Assembly (NCBI GenBank): GCA_965224465.1
Contig: OZ245049.1
Span: forward strand, 1,980,001 to 2,012,000
Direction of reading: 5' to 3'
Source of the DNA: Flavobacteriaceae bacterium
GTDB lineage: Bacteria > Bacteroidota > Bacteroidia > Flavobacteriales > Flavobacteriaceae
DNA: 32,000 nucleotides
Below, piece by piece: positions 24,393 to 32,000 of this stretch. A program made the translations under genes and the position numbers. The notes beneath the pieces are model-generated. The model made no database searches and was not told the origin of the DNA. It worked only from the letters and a program-made list of their open reading frames with translations. Each line of letters opens with the position of its first letter. Positions within the stretch are counted from its first letter, which is position 1.

Positions 24393-24434
24393 TAAAAAAA
24401 ACACCGCTTTCAAAACTTGAAAACAGTGTTTTTT
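24393..24434 (-). terminator. Rho-independent terminator after the methyltransferase reading frame
   Basis: acaccgctttcaa / ttgaaaacagtgt form a stem pairing 11 of 13 positions (24401-24429). A8 lies on the left, which is T8 after the hairpin on the minus strand. It sits about 30 bp beyond the second stop at 24466-24468. Confidence 0.7.
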
Positions 24435-24465
24435 ACTAGTAAATTTATTACCTTCTAAAAGTAGT

Positions 24466-25263
24466 TTAACTGTTAAGATTCCCTCTCACTTCAGTTAATT
24501 TCATTGTCATGGAAATAGCATCATTGGCTACCCAGTTATTGTAGTCTCTAATTGCTTTTAAACGCAAGTCATTATTTAAATATCCTTCTTTTACCATTTG
24601 TAAGGAGGACGCAACTTCTGACCATATCCCAATTTTATTTTTAAAATCAATGCTGTTTTTAGTATAATGCTCGTCTTAATTCATCTTCTCCACAGAGGTC
24701 ATTCCTATTTCTTTAAATAAGCTTGTTAAGTCATCTCCTATTGCATTGTTCATTCCTGCATCCTTTCTCCATTGTAAAAATATCGCATAAAATTCTTTCA
24801 TACTTTCTGGAGGTTTTGGACTCCATTCAATTTTTTCATGATTATAATCAAGTATCGAAATTTGACCTTTTTTATTTAATAATGATTTCATTTTCAATAA
24901 GGCCTCCTTAGGATTACTTAGCCATTGTAAGACTCTTGCAGAAACAATTAAATCAAATTTTTCTCTTGCTATATAATCGAATAAATCTGTGTGAATAAAT
25001 TTTAGATTTTCAATAGTTCCATATAAGGATTTCCCTTTATCAATCAACATGGCGGTATTATCAATTGCTACAACACTTCCTGTGCTTCCAACTGCATGAG
25101 CTATATCTCTAGAAATAGATCCTGTTGCACATCCTACATCCAACACTCTCATCCCTGTTTTTAATAATGGTTGAAGTGTCCGGTAATCAATTTTTAAACT
25201 TCTTCTATCATACATTACCGTTGACTGATCACTAGTCCTGTCTATAAACTTATTTTTACTCAT
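24466..25263 (-). pseudogene. Class I SAM-dependent methyltransferase interrupted by an in-frame TAA (24676-24678)
   Basis: The track ORF (195 aa; motif I is VLDVGCATG) ends ...GMTSVEKMN-TAA. The same frame continues without a shift as DEHYTKNSIDFKNKIGIWSEVASSLQMVKEGYLNNDLRLKAIRDYNNWVANDAISMTMKLTEVRGNLNS-TAA (24466-24468). It is then followed by a good terminator. The uninterrupted product would be 265 aa. Confidence 0.7.
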
Positions 25264-25341
25264 AATTCAATCATTAACAATAAAAATACAGAGTTACATC
25301 CTATCGCGTACTCAACCGTAAAAATCAGAAATAAATCCTAC

Positions 25342-26457
25342 TTAAATAATAGTAGATTGCCCTAGATCAATATTGTGTTTATTATAATTTGTTTTATCCT
25401 CATCTATTACATAATCACTTATAAAACTCCCCACATTGGTTGTTGAAAAGTGATTGGTACTGTTCAAATCTGGAGTTGTTAGGTTTAATTCGATTGATTT
25501 TTCTACAGCTGCTCTAATATCTTGCGCCTCCTCGTTCAATTCAAAATGATCCAATAACATGGCTGCTGATAAAATAGACGCCAACGGATTGGCAATATTT
25601 TTACCTGCTGCCTGTGGGTATGAACCGTGAATAGGCTCAAACATAGCTGTTTTATCTCCTACCGATGCAGAAGCTAACAAGCCAATAGATCCTGAAATAA
25701 CACTTGCTTCGTCCGATAAAATATCTCCAAATAGATTTTCTGTCAAAATCACATCAAACTGTTTAGGGTCTAAAATAATTTGCATGGCAGCATTGTCTAC
25801 AAATAAATAATCTACGGCAACATCAGTGTATTTTTTTGCAATAAGTGCTACTCGTTTTCTCCAAAGTCTAGAAGTTTCCAATACATTGGCTTTATCAACC
25901 AAGGTCAATTTTTTACGTCTTGCTCTAGCCGCTCTAAAAGCTAAGTGCGCCATTCGGTCTATCTCCATGGCAGAATACCTGCAATTATCAGAGGCTACCA
26001 AACCGTCTTCACTCAAGGTTTTCTCTCCAAAGTAAATCCCTCCAGTAAGTTCTCGATAGATCACAAAATCGGTTCCTTCTATTACTTCTTGCTTTAAATT
26101 AGATTTATGCAATAACGCTTTATAAGTACTCAAAGGTCTAATATTTGCATACAAGCCCATTTCTTTCCTCAACTTTAACAAACCTTGTTCTGGTCTCACT
26201 ATAGCATCTGGATTGTTATCATATTTTGGATCTCCAATAGCACCAAATAAAATAGCATCTGAGTTCGCACAAATCTCCAATGTGTTTTTGGGTAAAGGAT
26301 CACCTGTACTTTCAATAGCACATGCACCTACCTCCGCCTTTTCGTAAGTAAACGTATGCTTATACTTATCCGCAATGGCATTTAATACTTTTATAGCTTG
26401 TTGGGTCACTTCTGGTCCTATTCCATCGCCCGCTAAAACTGCAATTTTTAAGTTCAT
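25342..26457 (-). CDS. leuB: 3-isopropylmalate dehydrogenase
   Basis: MNLKIAVLAGDGIGPEV, VDKANVL and NLFGDILSD; 371 aa. Confidence 0.95.
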   Translation of the reverse strand: MNLKIAVLAGDGIGPEVTQQAIKVLNAIADKYKHTFTYEKAEVGACAIESTGDPLPKNTLEICANSDAILFGAIGDPKYDNNPDAIVRPEQGLLKLRKEMGLYANIRPLSTYKALLHKSNLKQEVIEGTDFVIYRELTGGIYFGEKTLSEDGLVASDNCRYSAMEIDRMAHLAFRAARARRKKLTLVDKANVLETSRLWRKRVALIAKKYTDVAVDYLFVDNAAMQIILDPKQFDVILTENLFGDILSDEASVISGSIGLLASASVGDKTAMFEPIHGSYPQAAGKNIANPLASILSAAMLLDHFELNEEAQDIRAAVEKSIELNLTTPDLNSTNHFSTTNVGSFISDYVIDEDKTNYNKHNIDLGQSTII

Positions 26458-26493
26458 ATTTTACTTATTTTTATAGAAACAGCTTCTTAAAAG

Positions 26494-27078
26494 CTATCTT
26501 TTTTCTTCAAATTCTTTAATTTCGTCTAAGATACTCACTAAATAATCCATATCGTCGTATCCATTTAACAAACATAGTTTTTTATATGGATTTATTTCAA
26601 ATTTTTCTGAAAGATTTAAACGCTCTGAAATAATTAATTGTTGTTCTAAATTAACAGTTATCATTACTTTTGGATCTTTTTTCACACCTTCTAAAAGTAA
26701 CTGTAAAAAAGATTCTGTAACCTGTATAGGCAACAGACCATTGTTCAATGCATTTCCTTTAAAAATATCCGCAAAAAAACTAGACACCACTACTTTAAAT
26801 CCATAATCACAGAGTGCCCAAGCGGCGTGTTCACGACTAGATCCACAGCCAAAATTACTTCCAGCAACCAATATACTTCCTTGATATGCATTGTTATTTA
26901 ACACAAAATCATCGTTTACAGAACCATCTTTTTGATGGCGCCAATCTTTAAATAAATTCTTTCCAAAACCAACTCTATCTGTTGCTTTTAAAAAACGTGC
27001 TGGAATAATCTGATCGGTATCTATATTTTCTACAGGCAATGGAATTGCCATTGAATGTATTGTTTTAAATTTTCTCAT
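26494..27078 (-). CDS. leuD: 3-isopropylmalate dehydratase small subunit
   Basis: [16 protein letters not shown] and [17 protein letters not shown]; 194 aa; 4 bp after leuC. Confidence 0.95.
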   Translation of the reverse strand: MRKFKTIHSMAIPLPVENIDTDQIIPARFLKATDRVGFGKNLFKDWRHQKDGSVNDDFVLNNNAYQGSILVAGSNFGCGSSREHAAWALCDYGFKVVVSSFFADIFKGNALNNGLLPIQVTESFLQLLLEGVKKDPKVMITVNLEQQLIISERLNLSEKFEINPYKKLCLLNGYDDMDYLVSILDEIKEFEEKR

Positions 27079-27082
27079 AACC

Positions 27083-28462
27083 TTAAACTAATTTGGTGAT
27101 ATCAACAATCTTACCTTCCACCGCTACAACAGCGGCCACTAAAGGACTTGCCAATAAGGTTCTTGCCCCTTGTCCTTGACGTCCTTCAAAATTCCTATTA
27201 GAAGTAGATACACAATATTCCCCGTCAGGAATTTTATCATCATTCATTGCTAAGCAAGCAGAACAGCCTGGCTGTCTCAATTCAAATCCTGCATCTTCAA
27301 ATACTTGTTTCAATCCCTCCTCTTTTATTTGTTGGGCTACTAATTGTGACCCTGGAACAATCAATGCAGTAACATTACTCGCTTTTTGTTTGCCTTTAAC
27401 AAATGCTGCTGCTGCTCTAAAATCTTCAATTCTAGAATTGGTACAACTTCCTATAAACACATAATTTACCTGTAAATTTTCCATCGATGCACCTTGTGAG
27501 AGCCCCATGTATTGCAAGGATTTCTTATATGATTCATTGCTGTTTTCAGGAATTGTGCCTGTTATTTTTATGCCCATTCCTGGGTTTGTTCCAAAGGTTA
27601 TCATAGGCTCAATATCTGCAGCTTTAAAGATGTATTCTTTATCAAAAACAGCATCTAAATCAGAAGGAAGCGTTTTCCAATAAGCAACTTTTTCTTCAAA
27701 TTCAGTATCTTTGGGAGCAAACTTTCTTCCTTTTACATAATCAAAAGTAGTTTCGTCTGGCGCTATCATTCCACCACGAGCACCCATTTCTATACTCATA
27801 TTACACACTGTCATACGGCTTTCCATACTCATGTTTTTAAACACGTCTCCTGAAAATTCTATAAAATACCCTGTCCCTCCATTGGCTGAAATTTGAGCCA
27901 ATATATAAAGTACTACGTCTTTTGACAATACCCCTTTATTCAATGTCCCATTAATTGTAATCCGCATGGATTTTGGTTTTTCCAAAACTACAGATTGTGT
28001 TGCAAAAACCTGTGCTACTTGGCTTGTTCCAATCCCAAAGGCGATCGTACCAAAAGCACCATGGGTAGAGGTATGACTATCTCCACATACCATAGTCATG
28101 CCAGGTTGCGTCACTCCCAATTCAGGAGCTATCACATGAATAATTCCATTATTTTTATGCCCTAAAGCATACAATTCTATATTATTTTCTTCACAATTCT
28201 TAGTTAAAGCCTCCAATTGCTTACGAGATAATTCGTCTTTAATAGGCAGATGCTGATCCTTTGTAGGTGTATTATGATCGGCTGTTGCCAAAATCTGACT
28301 CGGTCTTAACAATGCAAGCCCACGTTCTTTAAGTTCGTTAAAAGCCTGAGGACTTGTTACTTCATGAATCAAGTGTTTATCAATATATAATACTTGTGGT
28401 CCATTTTTAATAGTAGTCACCACGTGACTGTCCCAAACTTTATCGAATAATGTTTTTCCCAT
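27083..28462 (-). CDS. leuC: 3-isopropylmalate dehydratase large subunit
   Basis: [42 protein letters not shown] and the Fe-S ligand region [10 protein letters not shown]; 459 aa. Confidence 0.95.
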   Translation of the reverse strand: MGKTLFDKVWDSHVVTTIKNGPQVLYIDKHLIHEVTSPQAFNELKERGLALLRPSQILATADHNTPTKDQHLPIKDELSRKQLEALTKNCEENNIELYALGHKNNGIIHVIAPELGVTQPGMTMVCGDSHTSTHGAFGTIAFGIGTSQVAQVFATQSVVLEKPKSMRITINGTLNKGVLSKDVVLYILAQISANGGTGYFIEFSGDVFKNMSMESRMTVCNMSIEMGARGGMIAPDETTFDYVKGRKFAPKDTEFEEKVAYWKTLPSDLDAVFDKEYIFKAADIEPMITFGTNPGMGIKITGTIPENSNESYKKSLQYMGLSQGASMENLQVNYVFIGSCTNSRIEDFRAAAAFVKGKQKASNVTALIVPGSQLVAQQIKEEGLKQVFEDAGFELRQPGCSACLAMNDDKIPDGEYCVSTSNRNFEGRQGQGARTLLASPLVAAVVAVEGKIVDITKLV

Positions 28463-28464
28463 AA

Positions 28465-29637
28465 TTAAGCAATCGCTTTTTTTGTAATATGATTTAATTC
28501 CATAAGATGGATTACATCCTCATCATCCACTACTTTTTTATTGTCGGCAAATTTCAAAAACTGTGGATAAATATCATCCAATTCTGTTTTTTTCAAGTCA
28601 AAACCAACGATTTCTGCTCTATAAGCCAATGCTGCTCTACCGCTACGTGCTGTTAGTATAATAGAAGATTCGTTGACACCTACATCTGCAGGGTCCATAA
28701 TCTCATAAGTTTCTCTATTTTTTATCACACCATCTTGATGAATCCCAGAACTGTGAGCAAAAGCATTTTCACCTATTACGGCCTTGTTAGCCTGTACACG
28801 CATCCCCATCAAATCCTGTACCATTTGACTGGTACTAAACAGCATTTTTGTATTAATCCCTGTATCTAAATTCAAATACGGATGCTGTTTCATTATCATC
28901 ACCACTTCTTCAAGTGCTGTATTCCCAGCACGCTCTCCTATTCCATTAATCGTACACTCTATCTGACGTGCTCCATTGGTAATACCAGCAATGGCATTTG
29001 CTGTAGCCAATCCCAAATCGTTATGGCAATGGGTTGATAAAATTACCTTATCTATTCCTTTTACATTTTCTTTTAGGAATTTAATTTTCGCTCCATATTC
29101 TTCTGGCAAACAATAGCCTGTGGTATCCGGAATATTTAAGACCGTTGCGCCTGCTTTAATTACTGCTTCACAAACCCTAGCCAAATACTCATTATCAGTA
29201 CGTCCTGCATCTTCTGCGTAAAACTCAATATCTTCCACAAAAGTTTTTGCATAAGCAACAGCTTGTACTGCACGTTCCATAATGGTTTCTCTGTTGGATT
29301 TGAATTTATGAATAATATGAGAATCCGAGGTTCCAATACCTGTATGAATCCGTGGACGAACTGCATATTTCAAAGATTGAGCTGCTACTTCAATATCTTT
29401 TTTATGCGCTCTTGTTAAAGCACAAACTCCTGCATTTTTTACCAATTTCGCTATTTGTTCCACCGATGAAAAATCACCAGGAGACGAAATCGGAAATCCT
29501 GCTTCAATAACATCAACACCTAATAAATCGAGCCGCTCTGCAATTATCAATTTCTCAGCCGTATTTAATTTACAGCCAGGTACTTGCTCCCCATCCCTTA
29601 ATGTCGTGTCGAATATTTGAACTCTATTATTACTCAT
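28465..29637 (-). CDS. leuA: 2-isopropylmalate synthase, short form (no C-terminal LeuA regulatory domain evident)
   Basis: [27 protein letters not shown] and GIGERAGN. The product is 390 aa, against about 520 aa for E. coli-type LeuA. It is the first gene of leuA-C-D-B. Confidence 0.85.
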   Translation of the reverse strand: MSNNRVQIFDTTLRDGEQVPGCKLNTAEKLIIAERLDLLGVDVIEAGFPISSPGDFSSVEQIAKLVKNAGVCALTRAHKKDIEVAAQSLKYAVRPRIHTGIGTSDSHIIHKFKSNRETIMERAVQAVAYAKTFVEDIEFYAEDAGRTDNEYLARVCEAVIKAGATVLNIPDTTGYCLPEEYGAKIKFLKENVKGIDKVILSTHCHNDLGLATANAIAGITNGARQIECTINGIGERAGNTALEEVVMIMKQHPYLNLDTGINTKMLFSTSQMVQDLMGMRVQANKAVIGENAFAHSSGIHQDGVIKNRETYEIMDPADVGVNESSIILTARSGRAALAYRAEIVGFDLKKTELDDIYPQFLKFADNKKVVDDEDVIHLMELNHITKKAIA

Positions 29638-29668
29638 TTCTAGTTTTTTTTTATCACTTTTGATATTT

Positions 29669-29676
29669 CAAATATA
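29669..29676 (-). promoter_or_regulatory. Candidate -7 promoter box (TAnnTTTG) for the leu operon
   Basis: The minus strand reads tatatttg, about 31 nt upstream of the leuA ATG (29637). Confidence 0.35.
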
Positions 29677-29787
29677 AATGAGATGTATCTCTGAAAAAGT
29701 TCTAATTTACTTACTTTTACTACATCCATTTTAAAAACCAACAAATAAACACTTGAACTTAAGTGTTTTAAATTAATTTTTTGCACG

Positions 29788-31332
29788 ATGGCTACGGAAC
29801 AAAAAGATGTGTTATTTTTATTAATAAAGTCCTTATCTAAATCAGAAAAACGGCAATTCAGCTTATTTGTAAGAAGGTTAGGCGCGAATGACAGTGCCAA
29901 TTTTATGGATTTATTTAAAGTAATAGATAAAATGGAACGCTATGATGAGACTATAATTCTAGCAAAAACTTCTATAAAAAAACGACAGTTATCAAATTCT
30001 AAAGCGCATCTGTATAAACAATTGTTAATTAGCTTACGTCTAAACCCTTTACATCAAAGTCCTATCACACAAATTAGAGAGCAATTGGATTTTGCGAGTA
30101 TCTTATACAATAAGGGGCTCTATAAACAGAGTTTAAAAATTCTAGACAAAGCAAAAACGTTGGCATTGGACTGTGTAGAAAACAACTTGGCATACGAAAT
30201 TGTAGAATTTGAAAAAATAATAGAATCGCAATACATTACGCGAAGTATGAGTAATCGTGCTGATGAACTAGCCATACAAGCAAAAGAACTTAGTCTTAAA
30301 AATGTATTGACTAGTAAGCTTTCAAACTTATCGTTACAGTTGTACAGTCTATTTTTAAAAATGGGTTATGTTCGAAATGATGATGACCATACCTTGGTAC
30401 AAGATTATTTCGAAAACCGATTGCCCGATATAAAATTTAAAGAACTCGATTTTATCGAAAAACTTTACTTATACAAAGCTTATTTATGGTATAGCTTTAT
30501 GATGCAGGATTTCCCTATGTGTTATAAATACGCTCAAAAATGGGTGGATTTGTTTGACGATAGACCTTTTATGAAACAATTACACCCCGTATTTTATATG
30601 AAAGGCTGTAATTATTTATTAGAAGCTTTGTACTTAGCACAACATCAAGTAAAATTTTCTTCTGTTTTAGAACGTCTAGAAGCTGACGTAGTAGAAAATA
30701 ATATCGCAACAAATGACAACACGCTTTCTCTGTCTTTTTTATACATCAATCAAAACAAAATCAATCAGTTTTTTTTAAAAGCTGATTTTGAAGGCGGAAT
30801 TGCCATGATCCCAACTTTACTGGAAGACATACACTTCTACAAAAACCGCATTGATGCGCATCACATTATGGTATTTTATTACAAAATAGCTTGTTTGTAT
30901 TTCGGAAACGATGACCATAAAAATTGCATCCTCTATCTAAATAAAATTATCAGTAATAAAGAATTAAAAATGCGGGAAGACCTTTTGTGTTACTCACGCA
31001 TCCTAAACTTAATTTCTCATTATTCTGCGGGTTATGACCACAATATAGAATCACTTATAAAATCTACCTATAAGTTCCTGTTAAAAATGAATGAACTGTA
31101 CGAAGTACAACGCAAAATCATTACATTTTTGAAAACCTTGGGACGTTTATACCCACACGAGCTCAAAGGAGCCTTTAAGAAACTACATGCTGAGCTTAAA
31201 GTGTACGAAAATCATCCTTATGAAAAACGTGCTTTTTTATATTTAGATATCTTGTCTTGGTTAGAAAGTAATATTGAAGGAGTCAGCATTGTAGAAATTG
31301 TACAACGAAAAATGCGGCTATTGAAAAAATAA
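29788..31332 (+). CDS. 514-aa all-alpha, TPR/helical-repeat-like cytoplasmic protein of unknown function
   Basis: No signal peptide or TM helix. The N-terminus is K/R-rich (LLIKSLSKSEKRQFSLFVRRLG). Amphipathic helical pairs recur (for example ASILYNKGLYKQSLKILDKAKTLA and YKIACLYFGNDDHKNCILYLNKII). It is transcribed divergently from the leu operon. Confidence 0.6.
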   Translation: MATEQKDVLFLLIKSLSKSEKRQFSLFVRRLGANDSANFMDLFKVIDKMERYDETIILAKTSIKKRQLSNSKAHLYKQLLISLRLNPLHQSPITQIREQLDFASILYNKGLYKQSLKILDKAKTLALDCVENNLAYEIVEFEKIIESQYITRSMSNRADELAIQAKELSLKNVLTSKLSNLSLQLYSLFLKMGYVRNDDDHTLVQDYFENRLPDIKFKELDFIEKLYLYKAYLWYSFMMQDFPMCYKYAQKWVDLFDDRPFMKQLHPVFYMKGCNYLLEALYLAQHQVKFSSVLERLEADVVENNIATNDNTLSLSFLYINQNKINQFFLKADFEGGIAMIPTLLEDIHFYKNRIDAHHIMVFYYKIACLYFGNDDHKNCILYLNKIISNKELKMREDLLCYSRILNLISHYSAGYDHNIESLIKSTYKFLLKMNELYEVQRKIITFLKTLGRLYPHELKGAFKKLHAELKVYENHPYEKRAFLYLDILSWLESNIEGVSIVEIVQRKMRLLKK

Positions 31333-31341
31333 TTCTTTATT

Positions 31342-31503
31342 ATACCAACCTAAATTTCCAAGTGAAGGTTTAGAAATGGAATTATTTTTTGTTCTAGCTA
31401 GGCGGAAAATCTAAGGATAACCTTAACTATCGTTCTATTTTTCAACAACGCTAGCACGTAAAACAAACTATTTATATCGGTTATATTGAATTTTAATTGG
31501 TAT
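31342..31503 (+). repeat. Family-1 intergenic repeat, copy E1 (full length, 162 bp)
   Basis: ataccaacctaaatttccaagtgaaggtttagaaatgga...ctagcacgtaaaacaaactatttatatcggttatattgaattttaattggtat. The imperfect terminal inverted repeats match at about 12 of 15 positions (ataccaa.../...ttggtat). It starts 10 bp after the stop of the 514-aa gene. Confidence 0.85.
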
Positions 31504-31505
31504 TA

Positions 31506-31613
31506 TAGCTAGACGAAAAATGGATGGATAACCTAGCTATCGTTCTGTTTTTTTACAACAGTAGAACGTAAAACAAACTATTTACATCGGTCATTTTGGA
31601 ATGTAATTGATAT
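31506..31613 (+). repeat. Family-1 repeat, 5'-truncated tandem copy E2 (108 bp)
   Basis: tagctagacgaaaaatggatggataacctagctatcgttctgtttttttacaacagtagaacgtaaaacaaactatttacatcggtcattttggaatgtaattgatat begins at the internal tagctag block. It shares the aaaaatggatggata variant with copy A. Confidence 0.8.
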
Positions 31614-31620
31614 TACTTGT

Positions 31621-31680
31621 CTCCCTGCTTTCTCGAAAACGATAGCTGTCGAGAAAAACGTATAAATGAGAGTCCCTATT
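31621..31680 (+). repeat. Diverged family-2-like segment containing an 8-bp-stem hairpin
   Basis: cctgctttctcgaaaacgatag resembles cctgcctcgaaataaaaacag, the reverse complement of part of 14041-14125. tttctcga (31629-31636) pairs with tcgagaaa (31649-31656). Confidence 0.3.
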
Positions 31681-31714
31681 TAAAAACTATAGACTTCCTA
31701 TTTCCTGACAAAAC

Positions 31715-31758
31715 GTGTATGTATTTATAAACTATCCCTTGGAAATGTATTTGGTAGT
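31715..31758 (-). repeat. Family-1 repeat, inverted left-end fragment E3
   Basis: The reverse complement taccaaatacatttccaagggatagtttataaatac matches the left end of copy A (gccaaatacatttccaagtcacggtttagaaatgg). It then diverges. Confidence 0.5.
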
Positions 31759-31790
31759 ACGTATCATTTAGATATAATATACTCACCACC

Positions 31791-31831
31791 AAAAAAATCA
31801 GTGTTTACTTCTTGTAAACACTGATTTTTTT
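31791..31831. terminator. Bidirectional rho-independent terminator
   Basis: Perfect 12-bp stem atcagtgtttac / gtaaacactgat (31797-31825) with a 5-nt loop. A7 lies on the left and T7 on the right. It sits 40 bp beyond the stop of the right-edge minus-strand ORF. Confidence 0.85.
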
Positions 31832-31871
31832 GAATTTTACTATACCCGTTCACAAACAATAGGTCTCCTTG

Positions 31872-32000
31872 CTAACCGATAATCTTAAACATAGTTTTCA
31901 ATATTTTAAATTTACCTTTATATGGCGCATACCTAATTGGCAAATCAGGCCAAGCATATCTTTTAGTAATGCTTTTATGATGTGAAAAAACATCAAACGT
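31872..32000 (-). CDS. 3' end of an unidentified minus-strand gene entering from the right edge
   Basis: Reverse-strand frame open from the window edge: TFDVFSHHKSITKRYAWPDLPIRYAPYKGKFKILKTMFKIIG-TAG (stop at 31872-31874), followed by a strong terminator. The fragment is too short to assign a family. Confidence 0.35.
   Translation of the reverse strand, partial: TFDVFSHHKSITKRYAWPDLPIRYAPYKGKFKILKTMFKIIG

Noticed and set aside
10177-29366. Other short antisense ORFs in the track (10177..10377, 11978..12217, 15292..15534, 15320..15610, 17733..17972, 18874..19059, 19831..20022, 21126..21317, 23742..24035, 24723..24911, 25826..26035, 29160..29366)
   Set aside because: Each is embedded opposite a confidently identified gene and shows no recognisable family features.
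29748-29769. Hairpin aaacactt-aagttc-aagtgttt considered as a terminator or attenuator of the leu operon
   Set aside because: It lies upstream of the candidate leu -7 box, so it would not be in the leu transcript. It also lacks a convincing T-tract on the plus strand before the 29788 start. It is retained only as a note under the 514-aa gene finding.
29640-29900. 86-aa minus-strand ORF spanning the leu promoter region, considered as a possible leader peptide
   Set aside because: It overlaps the start of the 514-aa plus-strand gene and runs across the candidate promoter. It is not Leu-rich (its tail is [29 protein letters not shown]). No terminator/antiterminator pair follows it, so it is not a credible attenuation leader.
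31342-31613. Tandem E1/E2 repeats considered as a CRISPR array
   Set aside because: There are only two units, of unequal length (162 and 108 bp). They are separated by 2 bp with no spacers, are far longer than CRISPR repeats, and have dispersed copies elsewhere in the window. No cas genes are present.

Overview
AT-rich window that looks like a Bacteroidota (Flavobacteriia-type) chromosome. Support: TAnnTTTG-type -7 boxes, a CarboxypepD_reg-type TonB receptor, a lipoprotein with a K-D-E surface-export-like signal, and little Shine-Dalgarno signal. I support about 26 protein genes. No rRNA, tRNA or CRISPR array was found by eye.

Left half, envelope or accessory in character:
- Partial SLC13/TrkA-C permease, missing from the ORF track because it is open to the window edge.
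- Decayed IS200/IS605-type tnpA remnant.
- Four-gene outer-membrane cluster: TonB-dependent receptor, surface lipoprotein, second beta-barrel, di-haem cytochrome c peroxidase/MauG-like enzyme.
- yeiH-like transporter with a LysR regulator.
- Three-gene secreted/membrane operon ending in a clear LipL32-family homologue.
- TPR sensor kinase with a LuxR-type response regulator.

Right half, housekeeping:
- cydAB with a small membrane protein, fabD, galE, a DegT-type aminotransferase, leuA-leuC-leuD-leuB, a SAM methyltransferase broken by an in-frame TAA, a 514-aa all-helical protein, and a partial ORF at the right edge.

Most interesting observations:
1. The TBDR/lipoprotein/barrel/di-haem peroxidase cluster has no textbook function.
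2. A roughly 160-bp intergenic repeat family bounded by terminal inverted repeats has 7 copies or fragments in 32 kb, including internally deleted mini-copies. It is often paired with a second roughly 85-bp repeat family. One copy abuts the point where the tnpA remnant loses homology.
3. A non-lipidated LipL32 homologue.
4. A nonsense-interrupted methyltransferase at the tail of the leu operon.

All family assignments come from motifs read by eye and from memory. None has been checked by a database search.
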